Shown in pieces: positions 25,927 through 39,044 of a DNA stretch of 64,000 bases (within the stretch, counting starts at the first letter, position 1; each line of letters begins with the position of its first letter). The notes beneath the pieces were generated by a model. That model searched no databases. It saw only the letters and a program-made list of their open reading frames with translations, and was not told where the DNA came from. Made by a program: the position numbers and the translations under genes. The DNA lies in contig JAGIQG010000003.1 of the NCBI GenBank assembly GCA_024679065.1, positions 91,016,001-91,080,000 of the forward strand, written 5' to 3'. The stretch comes from Sphyrna mokarran. Taxonomy: Eukaryota.

Positions 25927-27810
25927 AAACTTGTATTTATATTGTAACTTTATTATAGTAAACCAGCCCAAGGTGCTTCACAGGAAAAGTATCAAACAAA
26001 ATTTGGCACTACGTCATATAAGGAGATATTAAGTCAAATGATCAAAGAATTAGTCAAAGGGGAAGGATTTAAGTAACATCTGAAAGGATAAAAGAGAGGT
26101 TTAGGAAGGATATTTCAGAACTTAGGGCATTGGCAACTAAACACTGAAGGCATGGCTGTCAATGACAGTCCAATTCAAATTGGCAATGGTCAAGGGGCCA
26201 GACTGGGAGAAGTGTAGCTCTGTAGGATTGGAAGCTGGCAGGATTTGGAGTTGGGGGGTGGGGGGGTGTTGCTGATGTAGGGAGGGATAAAGCATAGAGG
26301 AATTTGAAAACAAGAAGGAGAATTTTAAGGTCGAGTTGCTACTTCAGAAATCAATATTAGTCAGCAAGCATGGGGACATTGGGTTTTCGTGCAGGTTAGG
26401 TCTCAGGCAACCATGAGAGACTGGCCAGGAATGTGCCAGAGTAATCGACTGTATTTAACAAAGGCATGAATGAGGGTTTCAGTTGCAGATGAGCTAAGAC
26501 AGGAAACATCGGGCAAGTTTGCCGAATTGGAAATAGGCGGCCTGAGTCAAGGTGAGGCCGCGGAAGCTCACCGTGAGGTCAGATTTGACAATGGAGTTTC
26601 AAGGCATTTTTCAAGGAGAGGATATCGCTAGAGAAAAGATGTGTGATGGGGGACCAGTAACTTGAGTCTTTCTTCACTTGGAGGAAATTTTTCTTCAGTC
26701 AAAATTGCATATCAGATAACTAGTCAGGTAAATTACAGAGGAGTTGAGAGAGGCAGTGATGGAATTGAGTTAGAAGCCATCAGAATGCATATGAGAACTG
26801 GTGTTGTATTTTTGAGATATTGCTGAGGACCTGCATTAAGATGAGAAATAGGAAAAGGCCAAGAATTTACGGGAACAGGAGATCAAGGTGCATAAGTGGG
26901 AAAAGAAGACATTTTTGGTGATTCCCTGGGCCATGACTAAATAGATAGGAATAGAACAAAGCATTGCAAGTACTATAAAGCTGAACAATGATAAAAGGCA
27001 TTGGAGGAAGATGGATAGTCAACCACTGCCAAACACTGCAGACAGATTGAAAAAGATGAGGAGCAATAGCTTATCTTTGTCATAGACACACAGCATGCCA
27101 TTTGTGACTTTCATAAGAGCCGATTCAGTATTGTGGCAGGGGGTAGAAACTGGATTAACTATAGAAGCATAGAACCTATGTAGAAGGAGGCCATTTAGTC
27201 CATCAAGCCTGCACCAACAACAATCTCACTCAGACCCGACTCATAATCATTGCATTTACCCTCCTAATCCCCCGGATATTAAGGGACAATTTATTATGTC
27301 CAATCAATCTAACCTGCACATCTTTGGATTATGACCTGGAGGAAACATAGGCAAACATGGGGAGAATGTGCAAACTCCACACAGACAGTGTTCCGAGATC
27401 AGAATTGACACAGCAGTGCTAACCATTGTGGAGTGACTCAAGCATGGACTTCTGGGAAAGATGGGCATGGATTTAGAAGATGAAAGCATTTTCAAGGATT
27501 TTCGAGAAGAAAGGGAGATTCAAGGTGGAATAGTAGTTTGCAAGTACAAAGGCACCAAGAATTATACTTTTTAAGAAGACAGTGATGATGGCAAATTTGA
27601 AGGGGAGATGGGCAACACTTAAGGAGAGAGAACCATAAACAATGCCAACTAATCCGGAAGCCAAGTGCGAAGTTGGATGGTGAATAGTTTAGTGGGAATA
27701 TGATGGAGGGTACAAGAGGTAGATTTCATGGAAAGAATGAAGTTGGAGAGGGCCTGAAGTGAGTTTGGGGAAGAATTGGAGAAAGAAGTGATTTCAGGAA
27801 TTTGACAAGT
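25927..27810 (-). mobile_element. L2 LINE, decayed 3' ~1.6 kb
   Basis: L2 3' end AACTTGTATTTATA...CCCAAGGTGCTTCACAGG, followed by purine-rich antisense ORF2 (GGATAGTCAACC...GCAGACAGATTGA = LDLSAxFxxVD). Confidence 0.75.
27160..27430 (-). mobile_element. HE1 V-SINE inserted in L2
   Basis: AGAAGGAGGCCATTTAGTCCATCAAG tail, CTAACCTGCACATCTTTGGA and GGGAGAATGTGCAAACTCCACACAGACAG core. Confidence 0.85.
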
Positions 27811-28129
27811 GGGACCCTTGAGGGGACCCCCTCACTTTCCTGCAGGCTTCATTGCATAATGATCAGAAACAAGGACATGCAGCTGATTTTTTTTTATTTA
27901 CACTCCCATCCTAACTCCTGGACAGCTGATTGCAACCAAATACTTGTCTGTGATAACACCATCTAACTCAATTGAGTGGTGGGATAGTCCTCCGACTTTC
28001 AGCCACACTTATGCCATTTTATTTGGAATGAATCACTGTAGCAGTTTCACGTGTGTTCACATTTATTCCTCCTTTGTTATTTTAGCCACTACCGTGTTCA
28101 TTTCTGAGAGGTCAGAGGGTGTCTCACCC

Positions 28130-28800
28130 ATCTTCCTATTTATGTTCAGCCCACTTAAACCACAAGAATAATGGGAACTAAGATGCTCTGAAATGGATAT
28201 ATTACATTAGAAAAGGGGGTTAGGGTGTTGGTGCAGAATTTGAAAATGTGAATTATTAATTTGGAATCGTATTGGTGATCTGACATTTTCAAAATTTTGC
28301 AAATCCTCTCATTTTCCCTGGTGAGAAATTCGAAAAAGAAACTCATAATATATCTGCATTCTCCACAAAGTGAATTAATTGAGCACGAGAGATTTTGCTC
28401 TCCCCCTCTCTCTCTCTTTATGTATATATCAAGAACAAATACTTCCAGTGATATTAATTTGGAAAGCAATAATGTGGCTGTTCCAGTCTGACTCCTCGCC
28501 GTCGCTCGGCTTGTCAGCCGTTCCAGTATGAAGTAATTACCTGCTGCTCGGGTCAAAGTTACAGAGGTGAATGGACCCCCTCAGGAAATGTACCAGTCAT
28601 TCTCACCCATATGAGCTTGACTGAAAAGCAGCTGTCAAACTATAATCATGCTGGTAGAGAGAGAGAACCTGACAGCTAGTCGTCTGGACAAGGCTTTGAA
28701 CAATATGGTACTTGGGGAGTGACAGCTGTGGGATTTTAGCTTCTCGCTGGGTATGTGTGAAAACAAGCTGTCATTCTATTAATATGAAAACATGTCTGTT
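28130..28800. promoter_or_regulatory. Candidate conserved non-coding element / developmental enhancer
   Basis: No repeat similarity seen; CpG retention; TALE sites (CTGTCA 28632, TGACAG 28670 and 28720), TAATTA 28534, TCF CTTTGAA 28694, SOX AACAAT 28699, nuclear-receptor GGGTCA 28550. Confidence 0.45.
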
Positions 28801-28984
28801 TGGAAATTTTAAAAGTGCTGTTCCGGTGAAACAAAGCAATTTGTTTTCACTTTGCTCAGTTAAATAAATCACATTCTGAAATGTAATTTCACATTCTCAT
28901 GATGACTGAAGCACACAGCTTTTCCCATTATTTTTTTGCTTTGTAATATTGTCATTTAACCCTGCCTATCCCATTAACCATGGA

Positions 28985-29352
28985 ACTAGACAGTGGACAA
29001 TGGTAACCCAGATACACAGGGTATGATTTTGTGGACCCAGGTTAAAATCCCACCATGGCAAAATTGTGAAATTTGAATTCAGTAAAAATAATCTGGAATT
29101 AAAAGTCTAATGATGACCATGAAACCATTAGTGATTGTCATTGTAATCTATCTTATTCAGTAATGTCTGTTCGGGAAGGAAATCTGCTATGCTTACCCAG
29201 TATGGTCTACATATAACTCCAGATCCTCAGCAATGTGTTAAGTGCCCTTAGAAATGGCCAAGCAAGCCACCCAATGCAAAGGCAATTAGGAGTGTGCAAT
29301 AATTGTTGGCCCAACCAGCAATGCACACATCCCCTGATGAATAAAATGAAAA
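28985..29352 (+). mobile_element. tRNA-derived SINE carrying the CR1-group LINE tail
   Basis: B-box-like GGTTAAAATCCCACCATGGC; ends GGCAATTAGG...GCAATAA...CACATCCC like the LINE tail at 54135-54200. Antisense relative at ~63005-63620. Confidence 0.7.
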
Positions 29353-29654
29353 CAAAATTCATGCTTCCTTGCTGAAGTTTCCAAGGTCAGGTCATTGTGC
29401 TCATTATGTCACATCCCAAATGTGGTCATTTTATACAATAAAAGATTGAAGGTGGTGTGATACTTTTGAGATGTATTGTTGTCAATGGTATGAGCAGATC
29501 TTCTCTGGGACATATCAAGATGCTTGTCGTGGAAGTAATACTGTCCGTAGGCAGTATGTGGAAGCTGAGAGAACATAGAAGGCAATTGTGACTATCATTA
29601 TGTCAAATTACTAGCACAATGACTTTATCATTCTGAAAATGTTTAATATTATAT

Positions 29655-30030
29655 AATTTATGACCTCAGGAAATCCCAAATGCTTTTCAGCCAATTGAGC
29701 ACAATTGAAGTGCAATCCCTTTTGTAATGTTGTGAAATATGGTAGTCAGTTTCAGAGATCTGCAATGAGATAAATGGCCAGCTATTTTGCCTTAGTGATG
29801 TTAGCTAAGGGATAAATATAGACTAGGAATCCAGAATCATTTTCTCCTTTAACAAATGCTATGGTGCAGTATCCTTTATGTCTATTTGCAAGATCATATG
29901 GTGTCTTTAATTGAGAGACAACACCTCCGGCCATTGCACACTTAAGTCTCAGCCTAGATTATGTACACAAGTACATGCAGTGGATTTTAATCTTCTTACT
30001 CAGGCAAGGGTTGGATTGAATGGATCTGAT
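29655..30030 (-). mobile_element. Deu-SINE (SacSINE1/AmnSINE1-like)
   Basis: Antisense Deu-domain text GTGATGTTAGCTAAGGGATAAATAT...ACACCTCC...TCAGCCTAGATTATGT. Partial copies at 21430-21545 (+) and 37255-37420 (-). Confidence 0.65.
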
Positions 30031-30259
30031 ACTTAGTGCTTTCTTTCTGTATTTCAATAAAATGGAAAATACAAAGCAAGATAAAGGGCAGAATTCTCCA
30101 AACTCGTATGCCCTGTCCCCATTGCCAGGATAAACAGAGAATTTGGCACTCAGCAAGAACTCCATTCACCCAAACGGGACTAGAGAATCCCAGCGGGGGG
30201 TAATGTCGGAATGGCAATAAAGGCAAAAGGAATCAAAAGTTTCAGTTCCAAACTGTTGC

Positions 30260-32442
30260 ATGGACTTTTTCCCCATTGTACTAAGTGTGGAGCAAGTGTG
30301 AAAAATGATATATTTCCTGCTGGTAGCAATGGCAGGTTTTTATGCTGAATTTTGCCTCCTGTCTCATTAATTATGCATGTACAGGAAACACGCTGGATCG
30401 CTGATGTGAGATCCCTGGTTTGGTCATCCTGCCATCAGCTCAATGATTTCTAGCTCCAGGTATCACATCAAAATGGTACCCATACACAGCTTTCTCAATC
30501 TCTCTAGCCCAGTACTGCTACAGACAACTGGCCCTAAAAGGAAAGAAAACAGCAGCTTTCAGGTTCAGTGATACCTCCTTTGAACACCTGCTGGACACCA
30601 TGCTTCCATGTCCTGTACTGCTGTAATGGTCACTGGAGACAGTGCAGGTGAAGTGCTAATACTGCCCACAAGAGGTCAAGAATCTAGCACAGATAGAGGA
30701 TGAATAACATCATCCTTGTGCCAGGATAAATCAACTATCTCATCATTCTCAACTCTCACTCACAATCCATCACACAAACACAGGGTTCTCACTGCTAGCT
30801 TGTAGGACATCACCATTCGCTCTCACATACATATCTTTACATATCCATCTGGCTGCATCCTATCTGGAGCTTACATCCTCATCCTGTCCATGATTTCCAC
30901 TCATCATCCTACTGGTGGAAGCTGGTAACTGTCAAGGTCACGTGCACACACCTGCCTCGTATAGCCTGTGCTCTGGATTCATCCACTGTAGCCTTTTCTT
31001 TCTTAAACTCATTACCTTCATCCCCTTTGAAGTCTTCCTCCTCAGAGGAGACATGCAGCTCCTCTATCTTGTCATCTGGCAAGTCCTCCCTTTGCAGCAG
31101 CAGGTTGTACAGCACGCAGCAAACTGCCATGATCAGTGAGTCCTTCTACGGACTGTACCGGAGTGCTCCACCAGATCTGTCCAAGCATTGAATTGAACCT
31201 TTAGGTGCCTATTGTCTGCTTGATTCATGAGTCTGTTGTATTTTCCTTGTGCAGGTATCTGAGGCTGGTGCATGGTCATCATCAGCCATGTCTTTTACCA
31301 CTGAGGAATCAGCCCTAAATTCTCTGTGGTTTACTTGAGATGCACGAGTCTTGAATGCTTCCTGGATATCTGGTGCAAAGCTGCATGATCAGCTTCTGAT
31401 GGTCTTCCACCAGCTATACATTGAGTGACTGGCAGACTTTCAGGTTTATGTTCGAGTGCCTGTTGCCAGGAAACGGTCATAGTCACATGAGCGCAATCAG
31501 TGGCACTCTACACCTGCACCGCCATTGGAAGGCTGTTAACATGTCTCAGCTGTCCTCGCTGCTAGTTGGGGAATGCAGGTTGGTACTAATGTAATCAGCT
31601 CCGTCCTCTCCCAGTGCGAGCACCTACCCTCTAAACAACCCACAGTGCCCGCCACCATCAGCGCTTCTCATTTAAAGTTGTTCTGCACCATTGCTGCAAG
31701 TTGGATGATGGTAGTGCTGAGCTGTCTCAGCCAGACCAGCTTGGATCCTCCCATTATGAATATGGAAGCTACCCCCCCCCCCCCCCGCCCCCACCACCAC
31801 CAATTACCCGGAGAAGCTTCATACTTAGATTTCCCCTACCCTCACAGACCTCCCCTTCCACTCCTTGAACCCTTGATCCTATCATGCTTCTGTTGCATAC
31901 TTGTTGTTAGCCCCTGAATATTGTGAAGTGGAGATGCCTATTGCCATGGTCCTCACCCATCCCTATTCTGAGGCCACTTCCATTGTTTAACACATACTAC
32001 TCCCAAACCTCCTCCCCACCAATGAGAATCTTCCACACATGTAAACCCAGTACAGACTTAGCCCTGCGGCTCCTTCTCCTGTTTGAGGGCACTGGCCCCA
32101 TTTTCTTCGTACTGGCCTTGCCCTGCAGATCTTTCTCATGCTTCTAGCTATATTCCCCTCCTCTCCCCACTTCCCCAGTGCAACCCTATTCCTGCCACCT
32201 ATTAAAAGCCACCCTGTCTTAATGTTGGTCTGGTAAGTAGAAACTTGCCTGCAAAATCCCTCCTTGAATGTGTTGCTGCCTGTGAAGCAGCAACTGATTC
32301 CTGTGAGCACTGCGCGATGCTAGGTGGGTGGACTAATCTTGAAGTGAGGAGTGAAGTGTAGGTTCACCAGGTGCATGTCATTTGTGTACCATCGTGAAAC
32401 CCATTGTTCCAATTGCACACTGATGTGCTCGGATGATCCACC
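30260..32442. mobile_element. Internally deleted Harbinger (Myb remnant +, transposase remnant -)
   Basis: Plus ~30535-30730 FRFSDTSFEHLLD (Myb-like). Minus 30905-31520 TDCAH, SLNV, AVCCVLYNLLLQR plus acidic tail. Same convergent layout as 41352-47344. Confidence 0.7.
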
Positions 32443-32445
32443 TGG

Positions 32446-32796
32446 GGTGGAATATTCCTGTGAGGAGACCTTGGCTACAATTCTCCCATTTCACATGCCC
32501 CACTAATGCTTCCAACAAGAACGGACAATTTGGTGCTAAGCCAAATCTCCATTCACTGCGGCAGGACTGGAGAATCCCAGCCATGGGTGAGGTCAGAGAG
32601 TTCGGCCATTGTAATGAGATGCAAATATATTGAAATAATTTATTGTGGTCGGAAATGCAGCTTGTCATTCACAGCTGGAGTGCACAATCACAACCTGGTT
32701 TTACGACGATGTGAGACTGATTTTTATCCTTCTCATGATATTTTCTTCTCCCATCTGCCATGGTGTTGGCTGCAAATAGGTATGGAAAATTTGGCC
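32446..32796. mobile_element. Harbinger-type MITE(s)
   Basis: Termini GGTGGAATATTCC / GGAAAATTTGGCC; the right end abuts ACTAACTC of the hammerhead repeat. Confidence 0.6.
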
Positions 32797-33110
32797 ACTA
32801 ACTCAGTTTGTCTCTCCACAGATGCTGTCAGACCTGCTGAGCTTTTCCAGCATTCTTTGTTTCGATTTCAGATTCCCACTAGGTATTTTGCTCTTATTTG
32901 CTATAGATTGAAGCTGAGTTGACTGCTATCATATATGATGACAGTGCAGATTTTATGCCTTGACTTGCAGATTTGTTTATTAATGAGAGTTAAGGGATGT
33001 CCCATATAAATGAATTCAAGGAGTGTGATGGGACATTTATATAGAAGCTGAATGTGCTGGAAATACTCAGCATATCTGACAACGCATGGGAAAAGAGAAA
33101 CTGAGTTAAT

Positions 33111-34050
33111 GGGTAGGATTTGATTGATGCACTTGATATTTCAATGGTGGGAGTAAATGCCTTTCAGAAACATACTCTGGTGGATAACTGGATCTCTCCT
33201 GTTTTTGTGAAGGCTAGGCAGTTCATAGGATGGTGGCAAGGAAGCTATCCAATTAATAGTGCCTGTAGCCTACATGTAGCTGCAATTTTACCAGGCACCA
33301 GTGCAGCATTCAGACAACTGAAAATCAAAATATAGAAGAATGAGGCAGAAACAGTAAGCAGTCGGCAATGAAAAGCAAAGGTAGTCCCATGACTTCAGGA
33401 TGCCATCCTTGACACTTCTGAACACGTAGCCTCTGAAAGAGCCAGCTCCTTTTTCCATAGAGCAAAAGAATGTCACCAGTGTTAACCAAAAAAGGCATGG
33501 GTGGATGCAATAGTGAGAAGCAGAGGAGTTGTGACTAGAACCTGGGACAAGAACAGAAAGTGCTTGAATCACTTACACCAATCTGGAAAGGTGAGTGGCA
33601 TACATTAACAGTCTTCTTCTGAAAGCCCAACATTAATTGAAAGGCACCCATAAAATCAGAGGCCAGGGGATAGACTCATGCATGGGGCAATCTCAAACAC
33701 CAATGTCTATTGGGGTATCCTGTCATTATGATGTAGCAAAGTCCCAGATTCAGATATGCTGCATTGAGATGGCTGAATGGTCCTCTCACCATGCCATACC
33801 ATATCATAGGTATGACACTAAATGTTTACCTTGCCCTGGCTGAAGGAGCATTGAAAGCATTGACATTGTCCAGGTTCACGCCTAAAGGAGAAGCTTGCCC
33901 AGAATTTCAGGGAACATTAGTTCACCAGAGATGGAGTAACCATGATCATTGACCTGGTGCTGATGGTGGAGGAAACTTTGGGAATTGTTGGGGTCACTGC
34001 AGGGTAGCTGTTGCCGAGTTCGAGGTAGACCTAGCAAGTATGAGGAATAT
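33111..34050 (+). mobile_element. Harbinger left end with decayed Myb/SANT exon
   Basis: TIR GGGTAGGATTTT directly after GAGTTAAT. ~33390-33590 resembles the Myb exon (VRSRGVVTRTWDKNRKCLNHLHQSGK) and ends at a GTGAGT donor. Right boundary unclear. Confidence 0.6.
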
Positions 34051-34883
34051 CTCAAGATTCAGCTGCGTCTAACATTTTCTCAACCTTGTGTGGTATTAAG
34101 TTCATGTGAGGGCCTTCAATGAACTGGTAGCTTCTCATTAAAGGATGGACTTAAACACTGATGATAGAACAGATAAGTGATGTGTCTACTCTGGAATTCT
34201 CACAAAATGTAGCAATGAGTAAATCAGGGGGAGCCCTGCAATATGTAATCGTTTCACCACCCCACCAGCACCCCTTCAATTTCAGCTGCACTTTGCAGCA
34301 GGGTCCAATGGATAAATTGTCACAATTTTAAATTTGTATATATTTACTTTTTTTTACCTGGCTTGACGCTATTATTCCCGACCCCTTGACCTGTTTTGGC
34401 TTTGGATATGTGGCATTCACCCATCTGAAAGAGGGGTTGGAACCATAACATCTGTTCCACACTTGCATTTTGTTTTTCAACTAATTCCATTATTTTGAAA
34501 TCTTGAATGCAAGCCTTAGAAATGTCCCCTCATGTGAATCCAAATGAAATGAAAGAATGTCTGATCTGAGTTTAATGAAACGCTTAATGGGGTCCCATTC
34601 ATTTTCAAATCAGAAGCAGATCGAGCACAAACATTCTATCAGCCTCTGAGGAAGTTAGCCTGCGATTCTGCCACGATGTATTTAATTCCTTTTTTCTTTT
34701 ATTTGAATGACCCTTTTGTCCAGGAATGACTTCAAACCCCCGTTTGCCTTTGATTGGAGTGAAAGATTTACAACTCATATCAAAGGGAGAGGAAATGTGA
34801 AGTTTTTCTCCCCCTCCCCCGCCACTTGCTTTCCTTGTGGTCTTGCAAAGCGGCACAAAGGCAGAGGTTGTGTTTAAGGAATC

Positions 34884-34933
34884 TGTGTGTGTGTGTGTGT
34901 GTGTGTGTGTTGGGGTGGGGGGGGGGGGGGGGG
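34884..34933 (+). repeat. (TG)13 microsatellite followed by a G17 run
   Basis: Read directly from the sequence. Confidence 0.95.
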
Positions 34934-35499
34934 TGGCAGGCTGGTGGTTGGGGTTAGTGTTTGCTGGCAGGTTATAGGCACCTATCTATCAGTTCACACT
35001 GTCCGGGCATGGGGCTAAGAGGACAAGGACATCTTGCTATCATTGCATAGGCAGATGACTCCGGGAGGAGAGAGCTCTGAGAAGTGTTCAGTCTGCCTGG
35101 GTTTTTAGGAGCTGGAGTGTGTTGTGTTCCCTCAGTCGCACAATGTCGTGGGTACACGGGGTTTAAGCAAATGCACAGGGTCTTAGCTATCGCTGCTGAC
35201 GCTGTCTTCTCTGAATGAGGAAAAAGAAAATTAAGCGGGGGAAAGGGAGGTGGTGGGGAGACTGGGTGTCGGGAAAGTGATTAAATACGCAGGAATGAAA
35301 GGAAACTGTCAACAAATGAATCGAACTGCGAAGAGTTTTATCGTCGCAGTTGGAGATGGAAAAGAGCAAAATAATTTAAAAAAAGCACCAGCATCGGACT
35401 TGACATCTCAAATGAGGATAACAGGAAACAAATGGGATGCAAGTCGGTTCAAGAACTGAACTGTTGTGATATGAGAAAAATATATTAAATGGGAAAAAA

Positions 35500-35731
35500 A
35501 ATGAAAGCACAGACGAAATGTAGAGGACGCTGCAGCTCTCTCTCGCCCCAGCATGTTTACAAAGATGCCATCTAGTTCCCATGGCGATTGCACTATTCAG
35601 CTTTTCTGAGATTCAGTCAGCTCCACTGAGCTAAGATCCAATAGCTATTCCCGATTGAAGACTGCTTATGAGCCGGGAGTTTCCTGGCTCAGTGAACCGG
35701 TCACTAAGAGAAGAAACCAGCTCATGTAAGT
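35500..35731 (+). promoter_or_regulatory. Candidate promoter / alternative first exon
   Basis: FOX TGTTTAC 35554, X-box-like GTTCCCATGGCGAT 35575, CCAAT 35638, ATG 35668 open to a GTAAGT donor at 35726; CpG-retaining unique sequence. Confidence 0.35.
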
Positions 35732-35994
35732 TTCTATTCACGTGTAGAGCTGCATTTAAAATTCTTATTTTGAATAAAAGTTATCTGCAATTTTTCCCCT
35801 TTGAGAAATAGTTGCTGACAGATTATGGAAAGTTTGTTACATAAATCCTTACAGTCCATGTATTATGCCCTGCTCAGTTTCTAATGATCATACTGACGGG
35901 TCAGGGCAATATTAGACTGATTACTGCCCCCCGCGAGAATTATGCAAAGGTCAATTCATATAAATTTTTCCAACTACTAATACTGAATACTGAA

Positions 35995-36660
35995 GGCTCG
36001 GATTTTCACTGGATTTTCAGTCCTATGATTCATTAGTTATAAGTTCGCATCAAATTTTCCAATTTACTCCTTGACTCCCCTTCCCCCCACGTTGTGCTAC
36101 CTATGGGTGTGACTTTAACTCTGCCTCCCACCCAGCAGAATTGACATATGTAAAGGGAAATCATTCCTTACCTACCCTGCAGCCACCCAGATTTTGACTG
36201 GGCTTCTTGATGGACCGTACAGTTGCCTGCAGTGTCCTCATTAATATGTGCACTGGAGGGCTTCTTAATCGTCTAAGGGAAAAGTATCACTCCTACCTCC
36301 TGTCCATCTCCTGCACCAAGGCCTCCAGTAAAGGTTTGGTAAAACTGCTGCAGTCCCAGGTAACCATAGGCTGCTGTCCCCTTTGCTTGCAGAGGTTTGA
36401 CTTCAAACTAGCATGGAGATCTTGGAGCCTATCATTTCCAATGTGGAAGAGATGGCCATCTTCTGAACCGAGAGGCAGTATCTGCTTACTGTTGCAGAAC
36501 AGGTGAAGGCACCCAAAATCTGAGTGTTGTTGAAGCTTAGAAAGCTCCTGAAATCTCAGGTAGTTGGTATTATGGCCATAGACACCAATGCTCAAAGAGT
36601 ATTTAAGGGTCTCGCAGCAGCCCAGCTGTATTACATCAGATTACTCGGATTCTAAGTTTT
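35995..36660 (-). mobile_element. Non-autonomous Harbinger derivative with Myb N-terminal remnant
   Basis: TIR-like GGCTCGGATTTTC; minus ORF ends SFTKPLLEALVQEMDRR (compare PRFSEADLExLxxAVEERR). Confidence 0.5.
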
Positions 36661-36769
36661 TGTCTCAGTACAGGGGCAGTCACTCTGTGGCTATGGGGCT
36701 GAATTTCAGGCAATTTACTCCAATTCCCTGCTTGCTTTCCTTTTTGGTACCATCAATACATTCTGAAAC

Positions 36770-37193
36770 ATAGCTGCTTGCACCCTGTCAGGCATCCTCT
36801 TCCACCTTCAAAGCTCCTCTGCATTTTTCAGTTCTCTGCCTCTGGTCCTCTATATCTCCCATCCTCTGTTCATCTCAGCATCAGTGTCAGAGCACTGTCA
36901 CCTCGGCCCTATTCTTTGGTGCTCTCTCCCCAAAACTCTTTGCCCCTCCTTACTGTTTTCCTTTGTACACCTTCATCAAACACACATATTTTTGCTACAT
37001 CCTTTTCGTTGAACAGCCCTGATGTAGTACTTGCTCCTGTTAAGGTAAAATAGAAAATGGTGGTCTGTGAAGAGAAAAAAGATAAGGTTAATGTTTCAGT
37101 TCACTGACCTGCCTGCTCCTCATTATTTCCCTATAAAATGCTGTGAGACATTTTGCACATAAAAACACTTTATATAAATGCAAGTTGTTATTG
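36770..37193 (+). mobile_element. L2 LINE 3' end
   Basis: Pyrimidine-rich sense strand ending TATATAAATGCAAGTTGTTATTG. Confidence 0.6.
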
Positions 37194-38119
37194 CGTCTGT
37201 CCATAATCTGGTTCCAAAGCACAGTATTTGTCCTGGATCTGGAATAATGAGAAATCATTTGCATTTATATAGCATGAAACGCTCCAAAGCATTTCACGGC
37301 CAATTAATTTCTTCTGAAGTGCAGGAACTGTTGTTATAAAGGCAAATGCTGCAGCCAACTTTCACACAGCATAGCTCCACAAAAAGCAAAGGGGATAAAT
37401 GGCCAGTTAATCTGCTTTCGGAGCTGACCACCTGACTATCCTGAACATGGCTTCTTGTATTTATACAATGATTGAACTAGACCAGAGAAACAGCCAGAAG
37501 GCAAAGTAGCTGATCAGTTGATGCTGACATTTAATAAATACTCAAATTTTGGATACAACTTTAGTTTATTTTCTCTCCTCATTGAGAGCTTATTATTTTT
37601 CTAGTTTTGCTGTGCTTTATGCAGGTAGGTCATGGTAATCTTCAGAAACTAGAGAGCACATGGTGTTCCAGCTGAAGGGGTTAGGCGAACATTATTGCAA
37701 ATCCAAATTCTGAATATTATTATGCAAGGTTTTGACCAAAGAAAACAAAAACCCTTAAGGGAGACTTTCTAACTCATTGCTAGGGAAAGTGATTTGGCAT
37801 GGGGTGACATTTGCTCATGCATATGGACCTTGTTGACTGTCAGCCCTGGAAAAGTAATGCATCAGAATTAATTATCTTTCCCATACATTAAAATCATTGC
37901 AGGATGATTGTTACTTGACAAATGTTTAATAGGGTTTTTTTTTATATAGGTACCTGCAATTGTATTGTCATAATCCAACATTCTTTGTAAAATGAATAGG
38001 AGAATAGGTGAGAAAGTACAAGTACATAATGTTCTTTGATTATATGTACAAGTGTTATTTCATAATCCTGCTTGTAGAGTTTCAGACCATTAAACTGTAA
38101 ATAAATAATTCATATATGA

Positions 38120-38930
38120 TTTATTTATTAATTCACGGGCTGTGGCCTCACTGTTAGCTAAGCTAACAATTATTGCCCATCCTTAATTGCCCTTGATGGT
38201 GGTTGTAAGCTGCCATCTTGAACTGCTGTGTTAAATATGATGTAGTCACACCCACACCGACCTGACACAGCAGCAATGAAGGAATGTTGAATAGTTCAAG
38301 TCAGGGTTGTGCGTGAGAGGCGGGGAGCACTTGTAGATGATGGATTTCCCTTCAGCCTCAGCCTCCTTATTCTTTGGAGAGGGGGAACAGAGATTGTGGG
38401 TTTATGTGTGCTGTCAAAGAAGCCTTGTTGAATTGCCACAGTCCATCTTGGGACACAGTGCCACCACTGTGTGCTGGTGGGGGAGGAAATTAATGTTTGA
38501 GGTGGTGGATGCGGTTCCTTTCATGTGGACTGCTTTGTCTTAGAAGGTGTCAGACTTCTTAAATGTTTTAGAAGTGGAAGTCATGTAGTTACCGGGAAAC
38601 CATTCCATGACTTGTGCCTTGTAGATGGGAGCGTCAGATGCTCAGTCATCCCTAACTTGCTGAAAATACCCAGCCTCTGATTTGCTTGGGTGACCATAGT
38701 ATTTATGAGGTTCATGTAATTAAGGTTCTTGTCAATGGTAACCCTGAGGATATTGATGGTGGGGGACTTAATGATGCTGATGCCAATGAAAGTCAAGGGG
38801 AGATGGTTAGATTCTCCCTTGGAGATGATCATTGTCCAGCAAAAGTGTAACACAAATGTTACTAACCATTTATCAGCCCAGGCCTGGATGTTTTCTAGCT
38901 CTTTCTGCATGTATGGCCACTTGCTCTGAG
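38120..38930 (-). mobile_element. CR1-group LINE 3' portion
   Basis: Minus ORF MQKELENIQAWADKWLVTF...PTINILRVTIDKNLNY...QRLG; same family as 53092-54200. Confidence 0.85.
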
Positions 38931-39044
38931 CATTTTCAAACTGATATCTAAATGCAGAGTCCAGTCAATATCATGTGAATTAATAATGTATGAACTGTGT
39001 CAGGAAATATTTGCTCTGTCACATATTGCTTTAACACATTAAAT

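Noticed and set aside
34605-34856. Minus ORF MPLCKTTRKASGGGGG... as a coding exon
   Set aside because: No recognisable homology; the Gly run comes from a C-tract; no convincing splice context.
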